This document shows positions 37,671-48,439 of a stretch of 64,000 bases of DNA, in pieces (the stretch's first letter is position 1; every line of letters begins with the position of its first letter). The DNA comes from Fibrobacteria bacterium (GTDB lineage Bacteria > Fibrobacterota > Fibrobacteria > UBA11236). The stretch covers positions 1 to 64,000 of the forward strand of contig JAYTSD010000044.1 of the NCBI GenBank assembly GCA_043745805.1, given 5' to 3'. A program made the position numbers and the translations under genes. The notes under the pieces were generated by a model. The model saw only the letters and a program-made list of their open reading frames with translations, was not told where the DNA came from and ran no database searches.

Positions 37671-40208
37671 TTATAATGAATTTAAGAATTTAACCACTGC
37701 CGCTGATTCACCAGTGGACAAGGCTTTGAATTTTGCAGCTGCTGCCGCGCCTTCACCACCATGCCAGAGAATAGCTTCTTCAAGAGTACGAGCACGTGCA
37801 TCATGCAAGTAATTTGCATCCGGTTTGCAAGTTTGTTTTTGAATTAAACCCACTACACCACCCGTTGCGCAAGGAGAATTACCAATGCCCCATAGTGGTG
37901 GCGTACGCCATTCCGCACCCGTGGCTTGACCTTCGGGTAAATTATCAGCCAAACCGGCACCCATATCATGAAGTAATAAGTCCGTATAAGGATGAATGGT
38001 TTGATCGCGAAGCTCTGCTTTAGGAGCGAAAGCGCTAGTCTTTAAGGTAGGAATGTGACAAGCCACACAACCCATGCTGGTAAATAAGGCTTCACCTTGT
38101 AAAGCCACTGGGTCTTTATAATCGCGACGAGCGCGTATGCCTAATAAGCTGATATAATCCACTAAATGACTTAAGCTGCTATCCGCAAGCTCCGTACCCG
38201 TTGCACCACAATTGGTTTCTTCCGAACCGCAATCGGGCTTAGGTAACAAAGAAGTCATCACGCCCATATCCGTATTGAAGGCGCCAGCAATTTGATGTTT
38301 CACATCGACTTTACCGGCTTTCCATCCAAAGCGACCCATACGTGGCTGACTGGTTACGGGGTCATTTACAATATTAATACGACCCGAAATACCATCTCCA
38401 TTTGCATCATTGGGGTCTTCCAAGGCTTGAATAGCCGTTTCTGGAATAGCTTCCAATAATCCCATGCCTACTAGTTGAGGTGTTGTGCGAACCGAATAAT
38501 TAATGGGAGTAACACCTGTGAAACCGTAATTTGCTTTACGCAAACCATTACTTTCCACCCAACTCAAAATTTTACCTTCGCCTTCAGAATTTCCAGCCGT
38601 ATTTTGCGGTTGTAATACGCCGCCTAATTTTGGATGAGGATTACCATTGGCATCGCCTACTTTTACCACCATATTATAAAGTGGTCCGCCCACAACTGGC
38701 GTTGTACCACGACCATTACGAATATGACATTGATTACAAGATGTATTAATATAATTGGGACCACCTTTTCCGGCATTTTCTTCCCAAATTGGATTCTCGG
38801 GTTCATCATGTGCACCTGTAATAAAATTGGTATGTAATACGCGACGTCCTAAAACAAAGGGCTGTGCATTTTCACCATCAATATTGGTGGCCATTTGCAT
38901 GAAATTTTTGTCGGGTTCATCGGATATTTGTTTATGCAAAGTTGTGCGTCCGCCTAACCAAGTAGCCTCGTCCATTTTATGTGAGTTTTCTCTTTCCGAA
39001 GCTTGATTTTCCCATACTCCAACAGTGTCCCAGGGAACCATACCGCCCACACCTACTTCATACAAAAATACGGTGCCATAGTAGTTATCGCGACCCACGG
39101 GAGGATTTGGCATAGTGAAATCTAAAAATTGGCTAGCTTCAATTTCCATAAACTGACCTACTGCAAGTGGAGATTCTTTGCCGTCAAGCCCAATCGATGT
39201 TTCAATAGTGTAAATGTATTTCCATTGATGTCCTTGATCACTTATTTTATTGTGATTCTCATCATAAGTACCCACGCCTAATTTTGTAAAGCGTGGCGCA
39301 TAATTGCCATAATATTGCGCTTCACTTCCACGACCCGAATACCAAGCACGGAATTCTGGTAATTGATCAAGCTTCCATTCGGTTACCCAACTCACTTCCA
39401 TAGTATGGCCACCCTTGGCTACATGGTCAGTGATGATATAACGAGCTGTACGAAGTTCCCAATAATGCGGAAGATAATGATCATGACTTTGGAAATTATT
39501 TTCACGGCTATGACGGTCGCGTGCTCTATCGCCCCAACGGGTAACAATGGCGGTACCTATATCTTCGCGGACTAAACGATTCAATTTGGTATTTCCGCTG
39601 AATAATGGAATTATTTTTGGCGTACTGAAATCTACGGTTAAATTTGTGCCCTCTACGATTTGATATACTTGCGTCACATAACCAGTTTTGCTACAAACAA
39701 TAGAAGCCGAAATGGCTGCCGTTTTCGCTAAGGTATTCTGTGTAGCCATGCCTTCGAAAACCAAACCCGAGCCGGTATTTACGAAGCGTCTTTTAAAGGA
39801 TTCTTTGGGAGTAGTGATAGTTATAAAATACAATCCTTTGTTTTGTTGACTGAAAGCAACATGCTCTCCGAGCTTAATAGATTGGTTAAACACCTTTTGA
39901 CCCTTGGTATTTAATATCGTCACCGTGGCTCTTTCTCCAAAAGCAAGAGGGATTTGTGATAGCGAAAAATTTTGTTGGGAATTAGGATTGGATTTATAAA
40001 TGGAATTAACCAATCCATTTAAGGTCAACTTTCCTGCATTATCGGAAGTTCCCGTAGGTCCTCCATTTTGCGCACAAGTTACGCCTGCAATCGGTGCATT
40101 CTTTGCATCTTGCAGCGTAACAATTACTTCTGAGTCGGCCACCTGAAACAGAGTAACCGTTAACAGCGTTGCCAATGTTGTGTTTAGTCCCATTTGCTTT
40201 CCTTTCAT
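37671..40208 (-). CDS. Secreted di-heme oxidoreductase-family (DUF1111/DHOR) protein, paralog 1
   Basis: Two CxxCH (CNQCH, CVACH); PQLVGMGLLEAIP; DP.D.NGDGISGR; GRFGWKA; PYTDLLLHDMG; EWRTPPLWG; YLHD.RARTL.EAI.WHGGE. Confidence 0.92.
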   Translation of the reverse strand: MKGKQMGLNTTLATLLTVTLFQVADSEVIVTLQDAKNAPIAGVTCAQNGGPTGTSDNAGKLTLNGLVNSIYKSNPNSQQNFSLSQIPLAFGERATVTILNTKGQKVFNQSIKLGEHVAFSQQNKGLYFITITTPKESFKRRFVNTGSGLVFEGMATQNTLAKTAAISASIVCSKTGYVTQVYQIVEGTNLTVDFSTPKIIPLFSGNTKLNRLVREDIGTAIVTRWGDRARDRHSRENNFQSHDHYLPHYWELRTARYIITDHVAKGGHTMEVSWVTEWKLDQLPEFRAWYSGRGSEAQYYGNYAPRFTKLGVGTYDENHNKISDQGHQWKYIYTIETSIGLDGKESPLAVGQFMEIEASQFLDFTMPNPPVGRDNYYGTVFLYEVGVGGMVPWDTVGVWENQASERENSHKMDEATWLGGRTTLHKQISDEPDKNFMQMATNIDGENAQPFVLGRRVLHTNFITGAHDEPENPIWEENAGKGGPNYINTSCNQCHIRNGRGTTPVVGGPLYNMVVKVGDANGNPHPKLGGVLQPQNTAGNSEGEGKILSWVESNGLRKANYGFTGVTPINYSVRTTPQLVGMGLLEAIPETAIQALEDPNDANGDGISGRINIVNDPVTSQPRMGRFGWKAGKVDVKHQIAGAFNTDMGVMTSLLPKPDCGSEETNCGATGTELADSSLSHLVDYISLLGIRARRDYKDPVALQGEALFTSMGCVACHIPTLKTSAFAPKAELRDQTIHPYTDLLLHDMGAGLADNLPEGQATGAEWRTPPLWGIGNSPCATGGVVGLIQKQTCKPDANYLHDARARTLEEAILWHGGEGAAAAAKFKALSTGESAAVVKFLNSL

Positions 40209-40458
40209 CTCCTGCGCTCGGCTTTGGTCAGTCCCTATTATAAGCCTTTGCTGCTCACAAACTTATGGCTTATTATGTGGTATGGAACAGCATATTTGCT
40301 TTTTTTCTATAAATTCGCTCATAGCTTGCTCTCATTTTTTCTTTATTTTTGTGAAGTTTGTGGAGCAGGTTTAAATCGTTTTTTGGTTTTTTTGTTTTCG
40401 ACCTCCGCTCTCGAGAATTCCTTGGGGATAATGCGTTATATTAAAAGTCATCTCAACC

Positions 40459-42201
40459 TTGGAGAAGCTTATTTTTATTCCACTTCCTTTTTTGCGACTA
40501 TTCCTAATTGCCTTTTTTTTATTTCCGATTCTCACTTTAGCTGCGGGACAATTAGGCATCAATATTAATTTGGCTGAACAAGGCGGAAGCTTTGTCGATA
40601 TGGTCAAAGAAAATTATCACTGGTCAAGTATAGGTGGAACCGAATTAACTATCTCACAAGTGGATACAAATGGCTGGCCCAAAAGTGATGCCATATTTGG
40701 AATGGATTATCGTCCTGTAGCCGAATGGGCCGGGCAAATTGATGATCCAGAAAAATACCGCCTCGATCTTTCTGGCATCTATAAATGTGATTTCAATGGC
40801 AAAGCAACGGTAGTCGCTACTTCAGGAGCTACTGTTCAAAATATTTTATATGATTCTGCGAGTAATCGCAGCACCTTCGATTTTATTATGGACACTCCCG
40901 CAGCAAATTATGGATTTGTTCAATTGCGATTTACCAATACTCGTCGAACCTCACAAGCTACTTTGGGTTCTGGTTTAACGGGATTACGTATGTATCGCCC
41001 AGGTTACCCATTAAATTCCTCCAAGATATTCACCGATGCTTTTTTAGCCGCTCTTGTAGGTGTAAATTTTTCGGCGATTCGGTTTATGAATTTTCTCGCC
41101 TCCAATGAGAGGGAACCCACATATCCTGCTATTATCGAATGGTCACGGCGAAAAACACCGCACGATGCTTCACAGGTTCCACTTGCCGTATTAGACCGCA
41201 ATGAAGGTGCCGCTTGGGAATATGTAATACAACTTGCCAACCAATCGCACAAAGATGCATGGATCAATATTCCAGTTGCAGCAACTTCAGATTATGTACA
41301 TCAGCTCGCTAAGCTTTTAAAAGATAGTTTGAATCCTAGCTTAAACATTTATGTGGAAAGCGGTAATGAAGTTTGGAATAGTGGTTTTATTCAACAGGCC
41401 TACAACAAAGCTCAGGCTAAGGCCTTGGGCATAGATGAACAAAATAATCATGCTCGTCGCACCGTGGAATTAGCCAAATTATTTCAAGACATATTCGGGA
41501 CAGGCACCTTAAACCATCGTATTCGCATAGTATTATGCAGCCATGCTCCAATGTTGAAATGGTGGTTAGAACCGATGTTACAGTATGTGCAAAAAACATT
41601 TGGGACCCCAGCTGATTTTATTTATGCTATTAGTTGCCAAGGTTATTTCGATCTCCCTGCCGTCGCAGGACAAAGCATTCCCGATATTCTTTCTGCGGCG
41701 CGTGCAAGCATTACATCACAATTAGATGAAACCGGAAGCGTAAATGAGGCGGGCCGAAAACAATGGATAGCCAAAGCGAAAGCTTGGAGTTTTTCCGGAG
41801 GATTTATGATTTACGAAGGAGGTCCTTCCGAGGCAATTGGTAATGTTACCAATGTAGCCAATCGTATTAATGCACAAAGAGATTCGGGAATGGGTGAATT
41901 AATAAAATATAATTATGGAGCTGGCTTTCTTGATTTAGGCGGCACTTTGGCCATGCAATTCACTCTCAGTAGTGGCTTTACACGTTACGGGTGTTGGGGA
42001 CTCACAGATGATATAACAAAACCTAATCGCAATTTTAAATATCGTGCCATGCAAGCCTTGGCAGGTAGTTCAGTCGGAATTGTACCTAAAGCTAAAATCA
42101 AATCGCCTAGTAATCCTTCAAAATGGACGGGCGAACATGGGTTTCAATTATTTTATTGGGGTTGGCGAGATTTATTAGGTAAGAAGTTTTTAAACGATTG
42201 A
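40459..42201 (+). CDS. Secreted glycoside hydrolase-like protein (clan GH-A-like TIM barrel)
   Basis: Signal peptide; AIRFMNF; AWEYVIQLAN...DAWINIP; YVESGNEVWN (putative acid/base); IYEGG (putative nucleophile); short RDLLGKK tail. Family not assigned. Confidence 0.7.
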   Translation: MEKLIFIPLPFLRLFLIAFFLFPILTLAAGQLGININLAEQGGSFVDMVKENYHWSSIGGTELTISQVDTNGWPKSDAIFGMDYRPVAEWAGQIDDPEKYRLDLSGIYKCDFNGKATVVATSGATVQNILYDSASNRSTFDFIMDTPAANYGFVQLRFTNTRRTSQATLGSGLTGLRMYRPGYPLNSSKIFTDAFLAALVGVNFSAIRFMNFLASNEREPTYPAIIEWSRRKTPHDASQVPLAVLDRNEGAAWEYVIQLANQSHKDAWINIPVAATSDYVHQLAKLLKDSLNPSLNIYVESGNEVWNSGFIQQAYNKAQAKALGIDEQNNHARRTVELAKLFQDIFGTGTLNHRIRIVLCSHAPMLKWWLEPMLQYVQKTFGTPADFIYAISCQGYFDLPAVAGQSIPDILSAARASITSQLDETGSVNEAGRKQWIAKAKAWSFSGGFMIYEGGPSEAIGNVTNVANRINAQRDSGMGELIKYNYGAGFLDLGGTLAMQFTLSSGFTRYGCWGLTDDITKPNRNFKYRAMQALAGSSVGIVPKAKIKSPSNPSKWTGEHGFQLFYWGWRDLLGKKFLND

Positions 42202-42213
42202 AAATAGCGGGAT

Positions 42214-42240
42214 AAAAAAAGGGCCTCATTTGAAGCCCTT
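42214..42240. terminator. Rho-independent terminator between convergent genes
   Basis: A7-GGGC-loop-GCCC-TT. Confidence 0.65.
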
Positions 42241-42271
42241 GTAATTGGATGTAAAAGGTTTTTCTGTAAAG

Positions 42272-44704
42272 TTATAATGACTTCAAGAAAGAAATTAATG
42301 CCGCTGCATCGGTAGTGGACATGGCATTAAAAGCGTTGGCTGCCTTTTCACCTTCGCCTCCATGCCATTTTATCGCTTCGGAAAGTGTTCTTGCACGACC
42401 ATCATGCAAATACGCTTCACCACTGCTTACACCTGCAGTATAGCCAATATTCCATAGGGGTGCTGTACGCCATTCTGCTCCAGAAGCATCGCCTTCAGGA
42501 AGATTATCAGCTAAACCAGGACCCATATCATGAAGTAATAGATCAGTATAAGGATGAATAGTTTGATTACGTACTTCGGCCTTAGGATGAAAAGCACCCG
42601 TAACAAAAGTTGGCGTATGACAAGCCGTACAGCCGGCACTGGCAAATAATTCTTCACCATGTATGTTTATTGGATTTTTATAATCGTTGCGAATACTAAT
42701 TCCAAGCAAGGAAACATAATCCACTAAATGCGAGAAATTTGTATCTAATACTTCCGATCCCGTAGAACCGCAATTAGTTTGTGCGGAACCGCAATCATGA
42801 TTTGGATATATTGCCGTGGCTACACCCATATCCGTATTTAAAGCTCCCGCAGTTTGTGCCGCTACCGATTGTTTTCCCGCCTTCCAACCAAATCGACCTA
42901 AGTGAGGAGTTCCTCCATCATAATCCATTACAATACGCATACGGCCTGATATGCCATCTTTATTGCTATCATCAGGATCTGCTAAAGCTTGTATATCTGA
43001 TTCCGCTACGGCCTCTAAAAGGCCCATACCTACTAATTGGGGAGTAATTCTTGCAGAATATTGCGTAGGAATATTTGCGCCCGTAAAAGCGTAAATAGGC
43101 TTCCTTAAGCCATTAGCTTCCGTGGTCCATCCACTAATATTTACTGAACCCTCACTCATTCCACCCGCAACCATTTTAGGTTGTAAAACTGCTCCCAATT
43201 TGGGATGAGGATTGCCATTTCCATCACCAACCTTAACCACATATTGTGATAATTCTGTACCGACGGCCGGAGGTAACGCTCTTCCATTATTGACATGACA
43301 GCCCGCACAAGAGGTATTCACAAAATTTGGGCCAGCTTTTCCCTTTACATCAGGAAAGGAATCATTGCGTGGCTCATCATGTAAACCGGTTACAAAATCT
43401 GAATGAAATACACGGCGACCCTTCATAAAATTTTGTCCATTTAAAGGTGATGTATTAGGCGCCATTTGAATGAAATGATAAAGGGGTTCATTAGACATTT
43501 GTTTAGGTAAGGTCATCCATCCGCCTTCCCAAGCAATCTTTTCGGCTGGCCAGGAATCTTGAGCTAGAGGGGATTGATCTGTAGCCGCTCCATGATTTTC
43601 CCATGGAATCATACCGGTTTGCCCTACAATATAAAGCACCACCGTTCCGTAATAATTAAACTTTTCCCCCTCAGGTAACTTAGTCGTAAATTGGCTGACT
43701 TCGATTTCCATTTTGTCACCAATTTTGAGCGGTCGTTTTTCCTTGGCATTAATCGTTACCACTTTTGTGTAACTTAAACTATCCGGTAAATTTCTCACCG
43801 CCATATCATTATTGTAGTATTGGGCTAAGGTACCCTCTCCTTGGTAAAAGGTGCGCACGTCTCGGGTGGACAATACAAATTGAGTTCTTACATTGATGAT
43901 CACTTCTTTTCCACCTTTAGCCACCTTATCCACAATTTCCACGGCTGCGGTGCGATGTATCCAATAATGGCTTAAATAATGATCATAAATATGGAACATG
44001 AATTCGCGTGCATGGCGATCACGTCCTCTATCGTCAAAGCGAGTTATCAATGCGGTATCCGTTTCGAAAACGGTTTCCGGTTGTAACTGTGTGGATTGAT
44101 CATAAAGTGGCACTAAGGCTATTTTAGTGAAATCCAAGGAAAGTGTGGTGCCATCGGGAATTTGATAGACTTGGCTCGAGTAACCGGATTTGCTACACGT
44201 AACGCCTATGTTTCCACTGACTGCGGCCGATTTAAGTAAGGCGGAAGATTCTGTTTTATTAAGTGCTATGGTTTCAAAATGTAAACCTTCGCCCATGTTC
44301 ATGATGCGTCCATTAAAATTGGAATGAGGCGCGGTAATATTTACAAAAAACACGCCTTTATTCTGGCGAGGAAATTCCAATCTTTCACCCAAAGCAAGGC
44401 TTTGTTGAATAATGACATTTCCTCTCAAGTCGGCTATAGTCAAAAATGCTTTTTCACCTTGTAAAAGAAAAATACGAGAAAAAGAACTTTGATTTTGTTT
44501 TTGCAATTTCGGATTAATGGACATAGGTGCACTGGTTAATACCAAAGATCCACTTCCATCTGAAATAGAAGGTAGCGAGCCTTTTTCTGAACAGGTTACC
44601 CCTGCAATACCCGCATTTTTGGAATCATGCAAAGTAAGGTGAATATCTGACCAACTCAATTGCTGGCCTATTAACAAGCCTAAAAATGCTGTTCTTATTT
44701 TCAT
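42272..44704 (-). CDS. Secreted di-heme oxidoreductase-family (DUF1111/DHOR) protein, paralog 2
   Basis: CAGCH and CTACH plus the same DHOR motifs as paralog 1; shared DR(A/G)RDRH.RE...DHYL.HYW domain. Confidence 0.92.
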   Translation of the reverse strand: MKIRTAFLGLLIGQQLSWSDIHLTLHDSKNAGIAGVTCSEKGSLPSISDGSGSLVLTSAPMSINPKLQKQNQSSFSRIFLLQGEKAFLTIADLRGNVIIQQSLALGERLEFPRQNKGVFFVNITAPHSNFNGRIMNMGEGLHFETIALNKTESSALLKSAAVSGNIGVTCSKSGYSSQVYQIPDGTTLSLDFTKIALVPLYDQSTQLQPETVFETDTALITRFDDRGRDRHAREFMFHIYDHYLSHYWIHRTAAVEIVDKVAKGGKEVIINVRTQFVLSTRDVRTFYQGEGTLAQYYNNDMAVRNLPDSLSYTKVVTINAKEKRPLKIGDKMEIEVSQFTTKLPEGEKFNYYGTVVLYIVGQTGMIPWENHGAATDQSPLAQDSWPAEKIAWEGGWMTLPKQMSNEPLYHFIQMAPNTSPLNGQNFMKGRRVFHSDFVTGLHDEPRNDSFPDVKGKAGPNFVNTSCAGCHVNNGRALPPAVGTELSQYVVKVGDGNGNPHPKLGAVLQPKMVAGGMSEGSVNISGWTTEANGLRKPIYAFTGANIPTQYSARITPQLVGMGLLEAVAESDIQALADPDDSNKDGISGRMRIVMDYDGGTPHLGRFGWKAGKQSVAAQTAGALNTDMGVATAIYPNHDCGSAQTNCGSTGSEVLDTNFSHLVDYVSLLGISIRNDYKNPINIHGEELFASAGCTACHTPTFVTGAFHPKAEVRNQTIHPYTDLLLHDMGPGLADNLPEGDASGAEWRTAPLWNIGYTAGVSSGEAYLHDGRARTLSEAIKWHGGEGEKAANAFNAMSTTDAAALISFLKSL

Positions 44705-44956
44705 CGATTCCCCCGAATCTTATTATTTAAAGCCCCTAAAATTCATATCAGATATGAATACACCTGATATTGGATTTAAAAGTCCTAGCCAATTTCATTA
44801 CCTTGGAATATAGAGGCCATTTTAAAGATACGCTTGACGAAACGACTCATTCTTGGATGTAAAGTAGAATCTCGACAATTCCACTTATACTACTTTTTTG
44901 AGTATTCACTTAAAATGTTCAATACTATTGTGTACCCAAGGTATTTTATTTCGCTC

Positions 44957-46462
44957 TTACGGTAATAACAAAGACTGTATCCATTGCCCTTGATCGTTTT
45001 TAATCTGCACCCAAAGCAAGCCACTAGGCATATTTGCTAGCGATATTTTTTGTTCAGCATTTATGAAGCTTGCTGTTTCATTGGGAATGATTTTTCCGGC
45101 ACTATTATAAAATGTTAATTGCAAAGAATTTAAACTTTTGTTTTTTTGCTTAAAATCCTCTAACAAATACAAATTCTTTCCCACCACTCTAAATTGAACA
45201 GCTGCATTAATCATTGTGTTCTTTTTATAAACACCAGATAACCCTTTTACAAATTTTATTTCCGGTGGATATTGAAAAGCATTATAAGCCTCAGCTATGC
45301 CTGCTGTATCTTGCACACTACGGTTGGCAATCAAAAATCGATAATGCAAAGGTAGGCTTTTTCCTGCAGGAACGGTTGCATTAAAGAAAACTCCAAAACG
45401 CCCATAATTTCGCGTAGGAAATTCAACTGGTTTTGGATTAGAAATATTGTCCATTACTATAGCTAAATATTTAACTCCTCTTACGGGAAAAAGCTGGGTA
45501 AGCCAATGACCCGTTCCTGTATAGGTTCCACCAGTTCTTAAAACTCCATCTTGGGTAAAATGATGGGCATTTAATAGCGAGTCATCACGATTATCATAAA
45601 CTTCATTGGCAGCCGAAAATTGCATGCCCGCATGAGCATTTTCACCTCCGAGAGTAAAACTTTTTCCATTAGGTTCGGTTAATTTAAAATGAAGATCTAA
45701 AAGTGTTACCCCAGGTTTAATCCACCAAGCTTCAACCACTCTGGTTTCTACTAGTTCTTCCACTTTATTATGTTGCCAAGAAATATCTACTGCCACTCGT
45801 GAAAAAACGGGGCCCATAACCGCAACACTTGTATCATACGATTTATGAATTTGTACGGTGCCACCACCATCCGTCCAATAACCATGGCCATTAATATCCC
45901 ACCCCATAAAAATTCCGCGTTGATGAGGATAATTTCCATCTCCTCCCTTGGTGATATATTTTCCATCGCTGCCATACACATGATTAAATGGTCGACGAGT
46001 TTCCCCATAAAAATTTGGGTCATAAATATCTTGATATCGATACACTGGCCTATTTCCATGTAGAATATCTATTCCCGAATCCACTTTTGAGATTTTAAAT
46101 ATTTCTTGTGGGGAGCTTGAGGAATTAGTTGAAATGGTTAATTGATAGTTATAGTTTTTTTGGGGGAGTAATGATTCTTCCATCCACATTACATTTACTT
46201 TTCCCGCATCATTTTTGGACCAAAGTATTTGTACGGATTTATTAACATTTTCACCTAAAAGTTTTAATTGTCCATATAAAGGCGTTCCTGCTTTAGGTAT
46301 AGCAGGATCAAAGTTTGCAGCGGGTATCTCAACAAGCATAGCCTGATATTTACGTGGTAAACTATCGGTTGTAGTCGAAAGTGTCCAATCCCAACTTTGA
46401 GAAAAAACGCTATTGGTAAACAAAAAAATCCCTATAAACCATGAGTGCATTCTCATTTTCAT
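44957..46462 (-). CDS. Secreted DUF6807-like protein with T9SS-like CTD
   Basis: Signal peptide; RPFNHVYG.DG..IT; YPHQRGIFMGW; RNYGRFG; L.YRF; tail FYNSAGK...PSGLLWVQI. Confidence 0.7.
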   Translation of the reverse strand: MKMRMHSWFIGIFLFTNSVFSQSWDWTLSTTTDSLPRKYQAMLVEIPAANFDPAIPKAGTPLYGQLKLLGENVNKSVQILWSKNDAGKVNVMWMEESLLPQKNYNYQLTISTNSSSSPQEIFKISKVDSGIDILHGNRPVYRYQDIYDPNFYGETRRPFNHVYGSDGKYITKGGDGNYPHQRGIFMGWDINGHGYWTDGGGTVQIHKSYDTSVAVMGPVFSRVAVDISWQHNKVEELVETRVVEAWWIKPGVTLLDLHFKLTEPNGKSFTLGGENAHAGMQFSAANEVYDNRDDSLLNAHHFTQDGVLRTGGTYTGTGHWLTQLFPVRGVKYLAIVMDNISNPKPVEFPTRNYGRFGVFFNATVPAGKSLPLHYRFLIANRSVQDTAGIAEAYNAFQYPPEIKFVKGLSGVYKKNTMINAAVQFRVVGKNLYLLEDFKQKNKSLNSLQLTFYNSAGKIIPNETASFINAEQKISLANMPSGLLWVQIKNDQGQWIQSLLLP

Positions 46463-46569
46463 CCCCTTGAATTTCTAATTACGCTTATCGCTTAGATCTA
46501 CTTTAAGGTCAAATGAAAATTCGCACAGGCTAAATTTTAATAAAGTTCTTTTTGTTTTATTGCGAAACC

Positions 46570-46601
46570 AAAAAAGGGTTAAGCTTTAAGCCTAACCCTT
46601 T
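46570..46601 (-). terminator. Rho-independent terminator after PhoX-like gene
   Basis: A6-GGGTTA-loop-TAACCC-TTT. Confidence 0.75.
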
Positions 46602-46636
46602 ATATAAAAATGACTAATAAAGACTTTTTCCTTAAA

Positions 46637-48100
46637 TTACTTAACCACTCTCATCATTAATAATTGTCCTCTTTCTACTAATTCCACATCAGGATTGACA
46701 CTGTGGGCCTGAACGTCTAATAAAAAATATCTATATGTGGCAGTATCATAACCTGCAACACCAGAGAACATGTCCGACACTTCAATAACACCCGAGGATT
46801 CTTCATCATTAGTATGAGGAGCAGTTGGAGGTATTAATAAATCACCAAAACGTGCCACATCATGCTTTGCTAATAGTGATAAAGCATCAGATGTTGGATT
46901 GTAACTCCAAATTTTTCCATTATGTACATTTCCTCCAACGTCTTCTAACAAAATTACCTTACCTGATCCATCAACTGTAATATTATCAAACATTTGTCCG
47001 GCTTCTGTACCGTCCAGTAAAGCTTCAACAAATCCACCAAGTAAAGGATTTGTTATATCTGCAAAAGTGAGCCGCCATAAACGGGAACGTCCAATTGTGG
47101 TACCAACTCCGTCCTTAACTTGATCCATTCTATCGGTAGTAACAAAATAAAAGCGATTAGGGTTTTGAGTATCCCAAGCGCCATCTTCAGGCCTTAAGAA
47201 TTTAGTACCCGTTGTATCACCTGTGGCTACTAATGAGAACGGCGTTCCAGGAGTAGGAACTGAATCACGCACATCAACAGGATAACCATTAATGGCAATA
47301 TTCATATTTTGTCCACCATTTAAACCTGCAGCGAAAGGACCGCTTTGATTGGTTTTAGTAGCACCATGAACAAAAACTTTTCCTGGAGTAGTATCATCCA
47401 TACTAATAACAATGGTATTATCTTGAGCCGTTGGACTGGCGACATTATTTTCCCAGCTGGCTGTTCCTAGATCAGGAAGCTGTATAGCACTGCCTGCAAA
47501 TGGGCCTGTAACCATATGCGCAAAAGCTCTTCCGGTTAAACCGGCCTCTTCTCCATTCATGAAAATACGGCCGTCAAAATATCCTTTATCTGTACTGGCA
47601 TTATAGAAAGCCGTTGGACTTGCAAGGTCGGCGGAACAAAATCTATTAAAAGCTGTGATCCCAGGGGCCCAAGTGCCTGTAACTGCATTATAGAGATAAA
47701 CCGTTTTTATTTGATCTTCACCGCGTAATACTTTTAAGTCGCTTTTACGTATACGGTACTTGGCAACAAAAGCGCCAATAGATCCATGAGCACGAACTAT
47801 ACCCTTGGTATTGGAAAGCTCATGATTCATTAATAAAGTCAAGGTTCCATCTCCATTGTCAAATGCACCTAGTCCATCGGGAATTCCAACCATGCGATAA
47901 ACTGTGTCTGCAGGATTTGCTGGGTTATTCTTGCGAACGGCATCACCGACTGTTAATAAAGAAGTGAATTCTACATTGGTACTTACGGGAGTTAAATAGG
48001 GAGTTTCCGAACTACTTGGGCCAGAAGCGGCATGGCCGCAAACAACTAACATCAGGCCTATAGGGAGGCCAAAGAAATAGTTTCTTAAATTTTTTTTCAT
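46637..48100 (-). CDS. Secreted PhoX/DUF839-like alkaline phosphatase beta-propeller
   Basis: GIPDGLGA; MNHEL; RFCSADL; WEN; FLRPEDGAWD; DNITVD; LEDVG; EESSG. Confidence 0.78.
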   Translation of the reverse strand: MKKNLRNYFFGLPIGLMLVVCGHAASGPSSSETPYLTPVSTNVEFTSLLTVGDAVRKNNPANPADTVYRMVGIPDGLGAFDNGDGTLTLLMNHELSNTKGIVRAHGSIGAFVAKYRIRKSDLKVLRGEDQIKTVYLYNAVTGTWAPGITAFNRFCSADLASPTAFYNASTDKGYFDGRIFMNGEEAGLTGRAFAHMVTGPFAGSAIQLPDLGTASWENNVASPTAQDNTIVISMDDTTPGKVFVHGATKTNQSGPFAAGLNGGQNMNIAINGYPVDVRDSVPTPGTPFSLVATGDTTGTKFLRPEDGAWDTQNPNRFYFVTTDRMDQVKDGVGTTIGRSRLWRLTFADITNPLLGGFVEALLDGTEAGQMFDNITVDGSGKVILLEDVGGNVHNGKIWSYNPTSDALSLLAKHDVARFGDLLIPPTAPHTNDEESSGVIEVSDMFSGVAGYDTATYRYFLLDVQAHSVNPDVELVERGQLLMMRVVK

Positions 48101-48439
48101 GAGGGTATCCTTTTGAAGAGTCTGAAGATTTTGCAGCGGCGATAAATTCTCACTGCCACTTAATCAAGGTACAGGCAAAATATTTCAAACTGATTTATAC
48201 CATGATCTTATTTTGCTTCAATTAAATTGAGTATCGATGTCTTTTTATCCAACTCTATCCTACACGCGGGTTTGGTGGTGGAAGCCAATCAGGAGTGCGC
48301 TCTGGCACATCTTGTTTGCACCTAGCAGACAATCCACAAAAGTGGATAGATAAATTGAGCTTCAGGCTTTAAGCATTTTTGTAAAAGTTTAAAGCTGTTT
48401 ATTTATTGCTAACTCCGAAAATACCATAGTAACTTCGGC

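Noticed and set aside
44957..46462. 'PmoA family' label suggesting methane monooxygenase
   Set aside because: The protein is soluble and secreted with no multi-TM pMMO features and no pmoB/pmoC nearby. The label is a database naming artefact for DUF6807-like proteins.
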